Assembly (NCBI GenBank): GCA_964016885.1
Contig: OZ024740.1
Coordinates: forward strand, 119,350,001-119,414,000
Origin: Eledone cirrhosa
Taxonomy: Eukaryota
Reading direction: 5' to 3'
Length of the DNA: 64,000 nt
Shown here: positions 1 to 13,000 of the stretch, one piece after another
Layout: the number at the start of each line of letters is the position of its first letter
Numbering within the stretch: the stretch's first letter is position 1
Position numbers and translations under genes: made by a program
The notes under the pieces: model-generated
The model's database searches: none
Seen by the model: only the letters and a program-made list of their open reading frames with translations
Told to the model about the DNA's origin: nothing

Positions 1-85
1 GATTTTCTATCTATCTCTCTATATATGTGTCTGTGTGTGCATATATATATATAAATATGCACACACAGACACCCCCCCCCCCCCC

Positions 86-129
<44 letters not shown>

Positions 130-396
130 CACACAGACATATAGAGATAGATAGATATATGTAGTAAATCTATACAGTGAGATTTGAACAGTTGGCAAAA
201 TAAATTATGCAATCCTTGGCTCCATATATATCTCTAACCCATGCTAGCGTGGAAGATGGACGTGAAATGAAGATGATGATGATGATATGATGATATATAC
301 ATATATACATATATACATATATACATATATATATATAATCATATATAATTATAAGAGAGTATTGAAGTTTGCTTGAAGCATTGTGGAATAATAAGC

Positions 397-659
397 TATA
401 TTTCTTTAGGTCGTTTTGGAAGCCTCAACAATGCAGATGGGTAAATCTCCGGGTAACAAGATCCGGTGGTGGAGAGAGAGATGTAAGTGAATGTAGATTG
501 AGATGTTTAGTGTGTAGAAAAACGTAGGAAACGTTCTTCTACACATCAAACATCTCAATCTACATTCACTTACATCTCTCTCTCCACCACCGGATCTTAT
601 TACCCGGAGATTTACCCATCTGCATTGTTGAGGCTTCCAAAACGACCTAAAGGAATATA
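397..659. repeat. ~260 bp fold-back palindrome (centre ~528) with a ~60 nt unpaired tail at ~340-396, between TA-rich tracts; probable short PLE insertion
   Basis: tatttctttaggtcgttttggaagcc...tgtagaa is mirrored by ttctaca...ggcttccaaaacgacctaaaggaata with few mismatches. Confidence 0.85.
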
Positions 660-823
660 CCGTATATATAATTATATTCATATGAATATATGAATATATA
701 TATATATGTATATACAAATATTTACATATATATATACATATACATATATATATATATGTGTATGTCTATATATATTTATATTTAATCATATATAATTATA
801 TACATATGTATATATGTATATGC

Positions 824-878
<55 letters not shown>

Positions 879-1346
879 CACACATTTCATTTAACTATAA
901 AAGTATGTTTTCATACAATTTTATGAATTTTATCTGCTTTATTCAATTTCACTTCACATTATTTCATTATTCTTCAATACATTTCACTAGATTTTACCCA
1001 CCATACCTCAATGACCTCACATTTTCATTTATTCAAACCTGTGTACGCTGTGTACTCTCCTCTGCTCTCTCTCATTCTGTCTATCTCTAACAATCTATCT
1101 ATCTTTCATATCTATTTCATTACTTTTTCCTACGTACCTTATTAATTCTATGCAAGTTGTCTATCACAATGTTCTCTTCTCCTCATTCTCTCTCTTATTT
1201 TCTTAATCTCTAACTATTACTTTCCATCTCTATTTGATTTATTTTCTGCTATATTTACCTCCCTTGCATTCAACATGATACTACTTCTCTATTTTTTGTG
1301 GGTAATATATATGTATATGTATATCTATATATATATATATATATAT

Positions 1347-1549
1347 AACGAAGGAAATGTGGTAAGGAACCAGGTGGACCATAACACACCAAAGTACTCA
1401 ATACTTAGGGTAGTAGAGTGGGTAATAGGAACGAGTAGGACCCCGACGGCTGAGCTCAAGCCGTTTCGACGGCTAATTCTGGACTAAAATTTTAGTCCAG
1501 AATTAGCCGTCGAAACGGCTTGAGCTCAGCCGTCGGGGTCCTACTCGTT

Positions 1550-1554
<5 letters not shown>
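1347..1554 (-). mobile_element. Short PLE pLTR insertion in (TA)n: perfect 130 bp palindrome (1425-1554) plus ~78 nt tail; retains only the 3' half of a hammerhead (GAAA-stem III-GUC)
   Basis: Exact palindrome centred on taaaa|tttta; GAAAcggcttgagctcagccgTC at 1512-1534; same family at 3589-3717 and 36108-36220. Confidence 0.8.
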
Positions 1555-1607
<53 letters not shown>

Positions 1608-1695
1608 CATAAACAGAATTTCCCCAACTTTCTGTCCACCATTTCTCAACATGCTTCTCTCTCTCTCTCTCTCTCTGTATCTCTCTCTCTCTCTC

Positions 1696-1790
<95 letters not shown>

Positions 1791-2041
1791 CTATTGTCCA
1801 CCTCTGTCTTCCTTCTGTTTGGGTATGTTTACATGTCTAGATTCAGCCTTTCAATATAATTCATGCATTAACTGGGTATTTTTCATCTCAGCTATTATGA
1901 AGATGAATATATCAAAGATTACCATGTTCAAATAACACTGCACTACATTTAAAAATACATGCATACATCCGTACACAAATACATATGCATATATTTATAT
2001 ATACTTATATAATATACACATGCAAACACACACAATCATAA

Positions 2042-2083
<42 letters not shown>

Positions 2084-2416
2084 TTATATATATATATTAA
2101 AATACGCACATACAAATAAACACATTAACACAAATGAACATACACAAATGAACATACATTGAAATATACATGTTTTCTTTTCCTTGTAAGCCTATATTGA
2201 ATCCTTGTTATCTAAGCATAGCTAGATGATATACAATGATCATATAAATGAACTGCATGCGCCTAACCGCCCTATCACTAACATTTGAGAAACAGCTTTG
2301 ATGTTTGAATTGTATGGAGAAATAAAAGGCTAAAATACATATTGAAAACATTCATGTGTATAGAGATATTACATATACATATATACATATATATGTATAT
2401 GCCTATATATATAATA

Positions 2417-2492
<76 letters not shown>

Positions 2493-2494
2493 AT

Positions 2495-2551
<57 letters not shown>

Positions 2552-2771
2552 ATATTAAATAAATGTAAACTATATTTATAAAACCATATTTATTTTATTA
2601 TATATATTTCAAGGGCAAGAAACATATATACTAAAATAAATATGGTTTCATAAATATAGTTTCCATTTATTTAATATCATTGAATATTTACTCCAGTAAC
2701 TGTTGAGTGCTCTAAATCAGTTATAAACATTTATGTTTGTCGGACTTCCAACAAATTAAATACAACTTCTA

Positions 2772-2841
<70 letters not shown>

Positions 2842-3416
2842 TATATACATGTAAATATGTATATCTAATATCTCTATATGAGATAACTGTTATATATATA
2901 TATATATATATATAACAGTTATCTCTCATTCCTACATACCGAAGAAATGAGCAATCCACTGGGTTGACTCTGTAGAATCAAATTAAGGCCTAGGATGCTG
3001 TAGGTGGCTCATGCCTGCCTTAATTGCAATGCAACTAACACACACACCAAAACGCACATATATATGTAATATATATCATATATGTATATATATATTTTTT
3101 GCATATATTCATGTAAAAGTAAAATTTTCGAGAACATTTTTAGGTTAAATTTATTGGGTCAACTATTATATAGATACAATGTTTGAGGGGCTAGAATGCA
3201 AGGTATGGCAACCTAAGTCCTGATTGAGTCGTAAGGGCACTCACATGATATATGACATTTCTTGGGCATTTTTAAAACCTGGCAGAACCGATCCTTCCCC
3301 AGATCTGAACAGAGCCAATTTATTCCAAAGAAGTAACAATGCATGAATTATATTGAAAGGCTGCATCTAGACATGTAGACATACCCAAACAGAAGGAGGA
3401 CAGAGGTGGACAATAG

Positions 3417-3468
<52 letters not shown>

Positions 3469-3518
3469 GCATGTTGAGAAATGGTGGACAGAAAGTTGGG
3501 GAAATTCTGTTTATGATC

Positions 3519-3593
<75 letters not shown>

Positions 3594-3717
3594 AACGAGT
3601 AGCTCAAGCCGTTTCGACGGGTAATTCTGGACTAAAATTTTAGTCCAGAATTAGCCGTCGAAACGGCTTGAGCTCAGCCGTCGGGGTCCTACTCGTTCCT
3701 ATTACCCACTCTACTAC
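1410..3717. repeat. Local inverted duplication: 1410-1869 is repeated in reverse at 3338-3717
   Basis: Palindrome, (TA)n, gatcataaacagaatttcccc, (CT)n and ttcatgcatt all recur as the reverse complement. Confidence 0.9.
2547..2774 (+). mobile_element. Short PLE fold-back (2547-2682) plus ~90 nt tail, flanked by (TA)n; same family as 23556 and 63306
   Basis: caatgatattaaataaatgtaaactatatttataaaaccatatt is mirrored; the tail is homologous to 63675-63761. Confidence 0.8.
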
Positions 3718-3779
3718 TAGAGAGAGAATGGTAGAGACGAAGTAAGCAACAGATATATAGGAAGAATCATCTTTAGAAC

Positions 3780-3900
3780 TAGACTGGTACATTTTTGTCA
3801 ACTTTGAAAGGTTGAAAGGCAAAGTTGACCTGAATAGTATTTGAACTCAGACCACAGAAAGCCAGAACTAAATACTAGAAAGCATTCTATCCAACGTACT
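3780..3900 (-). mobile_element. SINE fragment (Nin/Deu-domain-like); related copies near 14530-14700, 20140-20330, 40290-40500, 42565-42680, 43290-43400, 44250-44370 and 45195-45300
   Basis: Recurrent ctggtac...aaaggcaaagttgacc...tttgaactcag motif or its reverse complement. Confidence 0.7.
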
Positions 3901-5574
3901 ACGTGCTGTAACTTTGAAGGAATAATGACTGAAACTGTAATGACCCATTCAACTCATGCCAGCATAGAATGCTGATATGAATGAGGATGATTATGATGCG
4001 AATTTTATAAATCAATTACAAACAAGAAACTTGCTTCATAAGATTCTTTATATGAATTATATTTTTTTAATGTCTCCTTCATACTCTTGTATTCATACAA
4101 ACATTCCTTGGGTATCTTTAGTGTTTAATAATTATTTGTCTTTAAAAACTAATGAAGGAGAGATTTTACATAACATTTTTTTATTATTAAAATATGTTTA
4201 AAATAATAATTTTTAAGTGTCATATAATAGCTTCAGTTTTATTAGTTAATTTTTTTTTTAGTTTTACTCACATATATTCATTCACACAGACACGTGTGTG
4301 TGTGTATGTCTGAGTGTGTGTGTATGTCTGTGTGTGTGTGTACTTTTAAATTCATAAATGCTTCCCTGGCTTCACAAAAAATATTTTAAAGACTGGACTA
4401 CTTTTATATTCAGTGTTCGAAAGTTCTAAATATTTAAAATTTTGTGCTAAAATAATATTAAAAATTCAACACAGATATTTAAACATTTCCCTCTTAGTTT
4501 TTTTTATCTCTTTATCATTTTTTTAGCTTTTTTGCACAGTTTTCTCTTTGTATGTGTGTATGTGAATGTATGTGTGTATAAGTATGTTTGTGTATGTGTA
4601 GGTGTGTGAGTGTTTTGATGTCTGTGTGTGTGTGTATGCAACAGTATATTTTTGTCACTGATTTTCGATTATGAATAAAAGAATATTTTAATAGATATAA
4701 ATGAATGTTGATTTGCAAGTTATATTTAGATATTATAGATAACTAATCTTTAGTAAACTTCTAATTTCAGCATATAAAAAATTGTTCAAGTTATAAATCG
4801 AAAGTAGACTTCAATGTGATAAATTGTTGAACAATGGTTCAATTAAAGTGAGGAGTCAATCTTACAATATTTATGTTTATATAAAAAATAAGCACATTTT
4901 AGAATATGTACAATAATTTACATTGCAATTATATATACTATCACAATCATCCTCATCATTCAACAGCTTTTTTTACTGCTAGCAAGAGTTGAATGGGTTC
5001 ATTGTATTGCGGTACCACCACCACGGACACTGTCATGTCTTTGACACAACTGAAGATGTTGATTAACACATTGTATAGCAAGTTTTCTATGGCTGGATGC
5101 CTTTCCTATTACCAATATTTTTGCAGCATGTACTGGGCGATACTGTGTTGAATGTGAACATTTACTAAGGAACTGACTGATGTGTTAGGATTTACAATGA
5201 CATGGGGTTGATTATGGTGATGATGCAAACAGCTACTAAGTAGTTATGGCTGGTGTGTTAGGATTTAGAGGTGTTGCATGGAGGGTGATGCTGGGCATAA
5301 CAGTGATGAATCTAGTAGGGAATGGTGGTGGAGCATATATCATATATGTATATATAGATAGATAGATAAAAGGGGAAAGAGCTACCCATAAGAATCAAAC
5401 TTGCATTTGGTATATGCCAGATGAGTGCTTAACCAGATGATGATGATGATTTACTTCACATTTATAATTTCTTGATGATGAATATTTTGACAATAAATAT
5501 ATAGGAATGTTAAAATTTCGTGTGAGTTTTTAAAAGGCTAAAACAGGTTTTTTAGACAGTAATTATATATATAT

Positions 5575-6660
5575 ATGTATAGGGGAGCAGTCAGCAAAGT
5601 TAGGATTAGCAATGAGTATAGCGAGGAATTTAGCGTACAGGTTGGGGTCCACCAGGGCTCTGTTCTTAGCCCTCTCCTGTTCATCATAGTCCTGCAGGCA
5701 ATAACGGAGGAGCCACAGAAAACAAGTACCACCAATCTCTGGGAGGACCCTGTAGAAACAGTAGACAGCTTCTGCTACCTAGGTGACCGAATTAGCAACG
5801 GAGGTGGGTGTTCAGAAAGTACAATAACTAGGGTAAGAACGGGATGGAAGAAGTTTAGGGAACTACTACCACTGCTAGCTGCAAAAGGCTTCTCCCTCAG
5901 AATGAAAGGCAGACTGTATGATGCGTGTATCCGAACAGCGATGTTGCATGGTAGTGAGACCTGGGCGTTGAAGGTGGAAGACTTACGTAGATTAAAGAGA
6001 AACGAAGCCTGCATGCTCCGATGGATGTGTAACAGTAATATACGTGAACGACAAATCATAAATGAATTGAGAGAGAGACTGAGCATAAGAGGAATCAAAT
6101 GCTGTGTGCAGGAGAGGCGGTTGCGCTGGTATGGACATGTGATGCGTATGAAGGATGACAGCTGGATAAAAAGGTGCAGAGCACTAGAAGTTGATGGAAA
6201 CCGCGGAGTGGGGAGACCCAAGATGACCTGGGATGAGGTGATAAAAGCCGACCTTACCCAATTACACCTCTCAAAGACAATGACACACGACCGTGACTTC
6301 TGGCGTCACGCAGTAATACAGAGTACCCGACCTCCCATGGGTACAAGCTGAAACATATAGACAATATGCCCCCACACCCCCCACCGCAAGATGGTCGTGG
6401 AGGTGCCACGGCAAAAAAGCACCCATCCCATACTGTAAAGTGGACGTGTAGGTGCCACGAAAAAGCACCCAGCACTCACTGTAAATGAGGTTGGTGTTAG
6501 GAAGGGCATCCAGCTGTAGAAATCAAGCCAGATCAGTTCCTGTATGAGCAAGGCATGGTCAGCCGACCAGACACTGCCCACAACAGGACAACCCGTCTAA
6601 CCCATGCTAGCGTGGAAGAACGGACGTAAAACGGTGATGATGATGATGATGATGATGATA
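5575..6660 (+). mobile_element. RTE-clade LINE 3' fragment with an internal deletion of the YADD region; ends in (GAT)n
   Basis: GVHQGSVLSPLLF, FCYLGD, MLHGSETW, RRLRWYGHVMR, GRPKMTW; 3' UTR gaagggcatccagctgtagaa...cccatgctagcgtggaa then (gat)n. Confidence 0.92.
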
Positions 6661-7299
6661 TACATATGTGTGTGTGAGCACATGTGTGTGTGTGTGTGAG
6701 CACGTGTGTGTGTATTATTTTTTGATACACACGCATATATATATATGTGTGTGTGTGTAGCAAAAATCTTAAAATATTTTTCCACAATAGTTTTCTTATC
6801 CTGTTACTTATGACCACCAAAAAATTAACCTGTGACTACAGAGATAAAAACTTATATGAGTGTATCCGTATATTCCAGAAACCAGCCACAGTCCCACACC
6901 AGCCATATACACAACATAAACTCATACATATTTACATACAAACATATGAACACACACATACATATATCTATCAATCTCTCTTTTTCAATCAATCAATTTG
7001 ATCAATTAGACCCTATGCCAAGTGAGCAAGGACCTTTTTTTCAGGGGGCTTCCAGAGGACAAGTCCCCCCCCCCCCACACACTTTTTCAAACGTCTATAT
7101 TTTATTTTTTTGTTTATTTGATATAATGAATTCTTTTTAAGCTTATTCTTTTATATCTCAACTTCATTTGAATATATAAAATTTAATTAGCGTAAAATTT
7201 TGCTTATGTGATAGGGTATGGGAAAGGCACTATAAGCTATTTATGCTTCTTTAAGAATCAACAAATGTTGGTGTGTCCCTCTCACATTTTTAAGGCAAA

Positions 7300-7510
7300 C
7301 GAAGCCCCCGCAAGTGGGATAGATCTCATCAAATCAGACCAAGGAAACAATGCTTCCATTTGTCTTTCCATTGTTGATACTATCTACTAGTCACTACTCC
7401 TGGCATAAGGAACAATAGGAAATAAAGTGTCTGCCTCAAGGACACAACGCACTGCCTGGCCTGGGAATCAAACTCGCAGCCTCAATATTTTGAATCCAAC
7501 TCTTTAACCT
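7300..7510 (-). mobile_element. tRNA-type SINE fragment; related + strand copy at ~10815-11110
   Basis: Core resembling gtgtccttgaggcagacacttt, with a B-box-like gagtttgattccc on the minus strand. Confidence 0.55.
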
Positions 7511-7670
7511 TCACTCTCCCTCTCATCTCTTTCTATTTTTCTTCTATTTCGAACTCTACTTTCTGATGAAGGACAAGTGTCCAAAACATTAAGACTCTCT
7601 TCCTGCTATTTCAAGCATTAAAATAATATATTTCTTCCATGTACTGTTTGTTATTTTTGTTTACCTCTTA

Positions 7671-7672
<2 letters not shown>
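7510..7672 (+). mobile_element. 3' pLTR fragment of the Neptune-type PLE family with a decayed hammerhead (7559-7594), ending at (TA)n
   Basis: CTGATGAaggacaagtgtccAAAAcattaaga (G12A); reverse-complement homology to 7735-7870. Confidence 0.75.
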
Positions 7673-7728
<56 letters not shown>

Positions 7729-7820
7729 TATATGTATAAGGTAAACAGAAATAACAACACAATCGGTACAGTATATGAAAGGTATATATTAGGTTAATGC
7801 TTGATATAGCAGGAAGAGGG

Positions 7821-7856
7821 TCTTAACGTTTCGGACGCTAGTCCTTAATCAGAAGA
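7821..7856 (-). ncRNA. Minimal type I hammerhead ribozyme, G8U substitution (probably dead)
   Basis: tctt CTGATTA a ggac-tagc-gtcc GAAA cg TT aaga. Confidence 0.75.
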
Positions 7857-8315
7857 AAGAATGAGAAATAAAATAGATTAAGGGGACGGGCGGAATGGAA
7901 TTGGAAAAAATGTCTTTAGATAAAAATAATAGACCCATTCATGTTGACATCTCTTGCAAAACTGTTGGTGCTGGCGTTTTGTGTATGATTTGTTTCTTAG
8001 AAAAGTCGATGATGGCGCGCCTCTACCTGAAATGGAAAAAAAAACGTTTTGTAAAAAGAGCTATACTTGAGCACGTGCGTAAGCATGAGTTTGTGTGAGT
8101 GTGTGTGTGTTTTATTATAGGTCCGTACGAACTAAGAAGAAATGTGTGTGTATATGTGAGTAAAAGAGTGTGTGTGCATGTAAGTACGAAGCTATGAGCA
8201 AAGAGAAAGCGATAGGAATCTAGGGGTGTGATAATAGACGGGTTATTAGAGAAATTGGGGAGGTGTGTTGAGACCAAGAGGGGAATAGGACCCAAGACGG
8301 TGAATCTGACTTTGT

Positions 8316-9707
8316 TCAGTCCTGGTGTGCGAGGCCTGTGATCCATGATGTAAAAGAATACCCAGGACTGAAACATGTAGGGAAGATTGACCAGGACAAC
8401 AGAAATGACGGGGCGACAGAAGTATCCAAATCGAGTCGTATGTCCCTCAAATGTTCGGCAAAACGGTCCGCCATACGGCGTCTCGTTTGTCTGATATATA
8501 AAGACCCGCAAAGGGAACACCGGAGGGCATATACAACGTGGGAGGATGTGCAGGTAGAGGAATGGCGGATACTGAAAGACCCGTTAGGGCCTGTAAGAGT
8601 GGTGAGGTTGGAAATAAATGGACAAGTCTTGCAGCAGGAACGGGAACAAAGATGAGAGCCGGGTGGAGTCGTGGGAGAGGACGAAACAGAATTGCGAACC
8701 AGGAGGTCGCGGAGGTTTCGGGCGCGCTTAAAAGCAGTAATGTGTGGGTTTGGAAAAAATCGAGAAGTGATGGGGTCAGAAGAGAGGATACAAAAGGAAC
8801 GGAGGATATGTCGCCGGAGTGATAGGGTGATGGGGTGGTAGGTGAGAGGGAAAGGAACACGGGTGTTGGGAGGGCGGGGGTGAGGTGAGTAAACTGTGGT
8901 GCGGTCTGTTTCACGGGCGCGGGTGAGAGCAGCTTGGATGAAGGTGTGGGGATATCCACGCTGAATGAAGCAGGAAGCCATGCAAAGGGAATGGGTTTCG
9001 AAATCGTTGTCCTGGCTACAGAGTCGACGAAGACGGATGAATTGGGAATAGGCTATGGAGTGTTTGGTGTGGGTTGGATGAGAGGAGGTGAAGTCGAGAT
9101 AAGATTGGGAGTCTGTTGGTTTAATATAGATGGAAGTAGAGAGGGTGTGGTGAGAGTGATTAATAGACAGAGAGATATCTAGAAAAGCGACAGAAGAATC
9201 GGAGCCAGAGGCGGTGAAATTGAGAGCAGGATGGAAAGATTGGACAAAAGAAAGAAAACAGTCGAGCCGTTCTCGTGATAGAGAGATGACGCCGATACAG
9301 TCGTCGATATAACGACCGTATAGCTCAGGAGTCGGTCCAGCGTACTGGGAGAAGATCTGGGCTTCGACGTAGCCAACAAACAAGTTGGCATAGTTTGGAC
9401 CCATTCTGGTTCCCATTGCTACCCCAGAGTCCTGCTGGTAAAATTCACCCAAAGAAGAAAATCCATTAAGGGTGAGAACAAGCTCAGCCAGATGGAGAAG
9501 AGTGGTAGTGCTGGGGTAAGTTGTAGGGCATAAATCTAAAGAATGCTGGAGAGCGTGGAGGCCGTCATCATGAGGGATGACGGTATAGAGAGAAGTGATT
9601 TCCAGGGTAAAGAGAAGGCGGGAGGGACCAGGAGGGTAGGAGAAAGAGTTGAAAAGTCTAAGGGCGTGATTTGTATCGTGGATGTGGGAGGGGAGATTGC
9701 CGACCAA
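8316..9707 (-). CDS. PLE reverse transcriptase + Cys-rich linker + GIY-YIG endonuclease (truncated, frameshifted at the C-terminus)
   Basis: GVAMGTRMGPNYANLF, RYIDD, FLDI, YIKPTD..YL...SSHP, CSRSCCKTC, VVYALRCSLCGSLYIRQT, RFAEH. Confidence 0.92.
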   Translation of the reverse strand: MVGNLPSHIHDTNHALRLFNSFSYPPGPSRLLFTLEITSLYTVIPHDDGLHALQHSLDLCPTTYPSTTTLLHLAELVLTLNGFSSLGEFYQQDSGVAMGTRMGPNYANLFVGYVEAQIFSQYAGPTPELYGRYIDDCIGVISLSRERLDCFLSFVQSFHPALNFTASGSDSSVAFLDISLSINHSHHTLSTSIYIKPTDSQSYLDFTSSHPTHTKHSIAYSQFIRLRRLCSQDNDFETHSLCMASCFIQRGYPHTFIQAALTRARETDRTTVYSPHPRPPNTRVPFPLTYHPITLSLRRHILRSFCILSSDPITSRFFPNPHITAFKRARNLRDLLVRNSVSSSPTTPPGSHLCSRSCCKTCPFISNLTTLTGPNGSFSIRHSSTCTSSHVVYALRCSLCGSLYIRQTRRRMADRFAEHLRDIRLDLDTSVAPSFLLSWSIFPTCFSPGYSFTSWITGLAHQD

Positions 9708-9930
9708 CGGAGCGAGGATGGTGTCTAAATATTCAGAAATTATCTCGGTGGGACAGTTGCACGCAGAAACGATAGGACGGCCAGGATTATTTTGTTTGTG
9801 TATTTTGGGGAGGAATATATATATATATATATATGTTAAATATTTCAGTAGGAAAGGTAAAGGAAAGAAGAATGTTCTATCTATACTACAGAGCTATTTA
9901 ATTACATAATAAACAACACAATATAATTAT

Positions 9931-10076
9931 TCCATTACCAAAGGTTTCAAGAAACTAGACGATCCTTACATAAACGTCCAGCCTATTCACCAGATGAAAT
10001 AGTTATGTTTTGGATATAAGTTTTGAAATTTCAAAACATAACCAAAACATAACTATTTCATCTAATGAATGTGCTG
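9931..10076 (-). mobile_element. PLE pLTR with a hammerhead (9931-9998, core CUGGUGA) overlapping an imperfect fold-back (9979-10076)
   Basis: Minus strand: ttcat CTGGTGA ataggctggacg...cgtctagtttctt GAAA cctttgg TA atgga; palindrome centred on ttttgaaa|tttcaaaa. Confidence 0.7.
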
Positions 10077-10716
10077 AATATAGAGGATGGCAGAGAGTTT
10101 GGGGATTTAGGGAGAGAGGGGGAATTGTGAGAATGATAAAGAGTGAGGTGTGTACTGGTATATAGAGAGGGGGGAGAGTGTTTTAGAGTTTAATGAGAGT
10201 GGAGGAATTGTGAGAGTGAGAGAGAGTGGGTATGTAGTGGGATATAGAGGGAAAGAATGAGTGTTGTGGTTTAGTGAAAGAGAGAAATTTTGAGAGTGAG
10301 AGAGTAAGGAATATATTTGGATATAGAAAGGAGAGAGTGTTTGCTGGTTTAGTGAGAGAGGGAGAATGTTGGTCTAGTGAGAGAGGGTGATGCATGTAGC
10401 GATATGTAGAGGGGTTGAGAAAAGTATAATGTTTTAATGAGAGAGGGGTAATATTTTGAGAGAGGGTGACAAAATAATTGTATGATGGAAGAAAAATGTG
10501 TTAATATTGGGTTTCCCAGTAAGGTAGCTCTGTATATGAGTGTGTGTGTTTATATGTATATGTGTGTGTGTATATATGTGAATGAGTGTGTTTATATATG
10601 TGTGCATGTTTGTATATTTCTCTCTGTACATATATATGTGTCTAGTATGTTAATATATATGTGTCTATGTATATATATACATATGCGTGTGTGTGTTTAT
10701 ATTTGTGTGGTGTGTG

Positions 10717-10747
<31 letters not shown>

Positions 10748-11168
10748 TTATATATGTGTGTTATTTATGTATATGTGTTTATATATATGTTTGTGTGTGT
10801 GTGTGTTTATATTGTGAAAGGGCATGGCTAGGGTGTTCGGCTCACAATCATAAAGTCGTGTGTTTGATTCTCGGGGACGTGTTGTATCCTTGGGCAAGAC
10901 ACTTTATTTCACGTTGCTCCAGTCCACTCATCTAGCAAAAATGTGTTGTACACTAACCTTGTCACACACTGTGTCACACCGAATCTCCCTGAGAACTACG
11001 TAAAGGGTACGCGTGTCTGTGGAATGATCAGCCTGAACGTTAATTTCTAGAGTAGGCTGTTAGGTTGATAGTATCAACTGGAAGACTCGTCGTCATAACC
11101 GACGGAGTGACTCCGTTTATATATGTGTATGTATTTATATATATGTTTAAATATATTTATACATATAT

Positions 11169-13000
11169 TAGGGTGTTCCATTTAGCAAACTATTTGTCAA
11201 TCTTCTTCTGTCAATTACGTGTTTGGTGTTTGAATTGATGAAATAACGAAATATGCCGAATTTTAGGTCAATCGAATAATATTTAGAGTTGCACACCTTC
11301 TCATCTTTTTATTTATGATGATTTTATTTTTACCTGGCCTATGGTATATTGTCTTTTCTGTTTACTTTACTGAAGCCAATGAGGAAACCGCATGACAGAA
11401 CGAAATGAAATGAAAATAAGCAAGAGGAATGTTCTAAATACATAATAATATTTGGGTTTAAGAGAGAAACACTTTTTATGGATGGAATTTATTACCAGAA
11501 ACATGCTACTTTGTACTCTGGGAGACATGTTGAAATAATAATAAGCAAATAAATTAAATGAAAATACACAGAAAGATGTTCTTCATAGACAATAATTTGG
11601 AGGTTAAAGAGATAAACACTCTTTATGAATGAAATTTATAATCAGAAACGATTTTTTCTAGATCTCTGGACTCATGTGTTGTAAGCTTATCTTGTTCTTT
11701 GAACAGAACTCACTTGATCCCATATATGGCCTCAGCTACCCAACGAACCTGGCGGTAAGCCATTGGGGCTGAGAAGAAGAACTGGGGAGATGGCCAAGAT
11801 ATAGATGGGAGAGCTTTATGAACTCAGCATAATCATCTCCTGGATGATCTCCAGAAAGCAGTTCAGTCAGCAGATATTCAACAATCTCCTTCCTCGTTTG
11901 CTTGTAAAAAATCTTCCATGGGCATAATGAGAATTATTTATGATGATGTCCCACCGTTCCTGGAACGCTTTGAACATTGGGATACTGGGACCAAATGATG
12001 GCAAAAATAACTCGAAGACTTTTTTTTATAACCAGTTCAACAATTAGTTGGCTGCAAACCAGCCACAAAACGGATTTTTTCAGAGCTGCTTCAATTTTCG
12101 TATTAACTCCTTGCTGCATGCCGATGTTATTAGCGGTGGTGTTGAAGGATATACCAATTATTCTCTGCTCAATTTTGAGTCGTTGAATTTCCTTCTCCTT
12201 AAACAGTTGAGGGGAAAACCGAGATTTCAGACACATCATGACCAAGGCTCTTCGCAATTGTGATTTAAGAAGTACTTGCCTGCCACACTGATAGTTTCTC
12301 ACGTTTTCATGTAACAACAAGAGTGGCATCGAGAGTCGGTTATATTCGCGGTGATTTTTGGGAAGGTATTGACATGAAGATTTCATCATCATCATTAATA
12401 GCTGAGCTGGAAGACGAACTTTCAAGATTTACCTACTCGGATGTTTTCTTGAATTCTTTATTCTACTTTCTCTTTCTTACTTTCATAACACAAATCTTCT
12501 TTTCCTTCTTCTAAATGGATCTCGTATGTTCTGCAGCACCATTAGCCAGGAATGAGGACATCCAACCTTTCCGCTGTGTCATAAGGAAAGCTCTGTTTTC
12601 AGATAGGACATTATTTTGTTCGAGAACGTCCTGGCTTGCAATGTCAAATATTTCCTTGAAATCCTGACAAAGCTCATGATCTGCAATTGCTTTGTCATCC
12701 TTGACTTTACTTTTTTCCATTCTTAATACTCCTCAAACAATTTCTTGATTGAACTGCAGATGCTTATGTCCATTTTGACAGGGTTAATTGCTTTTCCCCA
12801 CACTTCCTTGATCTTCTGGCTAGCGTCTTTTACGTCAACTGAAACTGTCTCTCCGAGGTTGATGTCATGGTAGGGAAAACACAAGAGCAAGTGTTGTTTG
12901 GAGAGGAGTCGACTTTGAAATAACTCACCCTCGAGCATTCTCTTCAACAGCCAACTTACTTTGCTGAATTCCTTTTTGATATTCTCTGTGATAGATGAAA
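11169..13000 (-). mobile_element. Decayed hAT-superfamily (hATm-like) DNA transposon, transposase pseudogene
   Basis: FNTTANNIG...VLWLVCSQLIVELV resembles the FDTTASNTG...LACRHH motif; also IKEVWGKA, IKKLFEEY and EIFDIA; TAGGGTG at 11169 is a candidate terminus. Confidence 0.6.

Larger units (their letters stand above)
7727..9815 (-). mobile_element. Neptune-type Penelope-like retroelement, 5'-truncated, bounded by (TA)n on both sides
   Basis: RT and GIY-YIG ORF, a pyrimidine-rich 3' UTR and a pLTR hammerhead at 7821-7856. Confidence 0.9.

Noticed and set aside
2547-2682. Palindromes as MITEs or miRNA precursors
   Set aside because: One-sided tails, variable centres, hammerheads and linkage to GIY-YIG ORFs indicate a retroelement origin
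7044-7309. Possible MITE with a 9 bp terminal inverted repeat (gggggcttc/gaagccccc)
   Set aside because: The repeat is too short and no target-site duplication is evident
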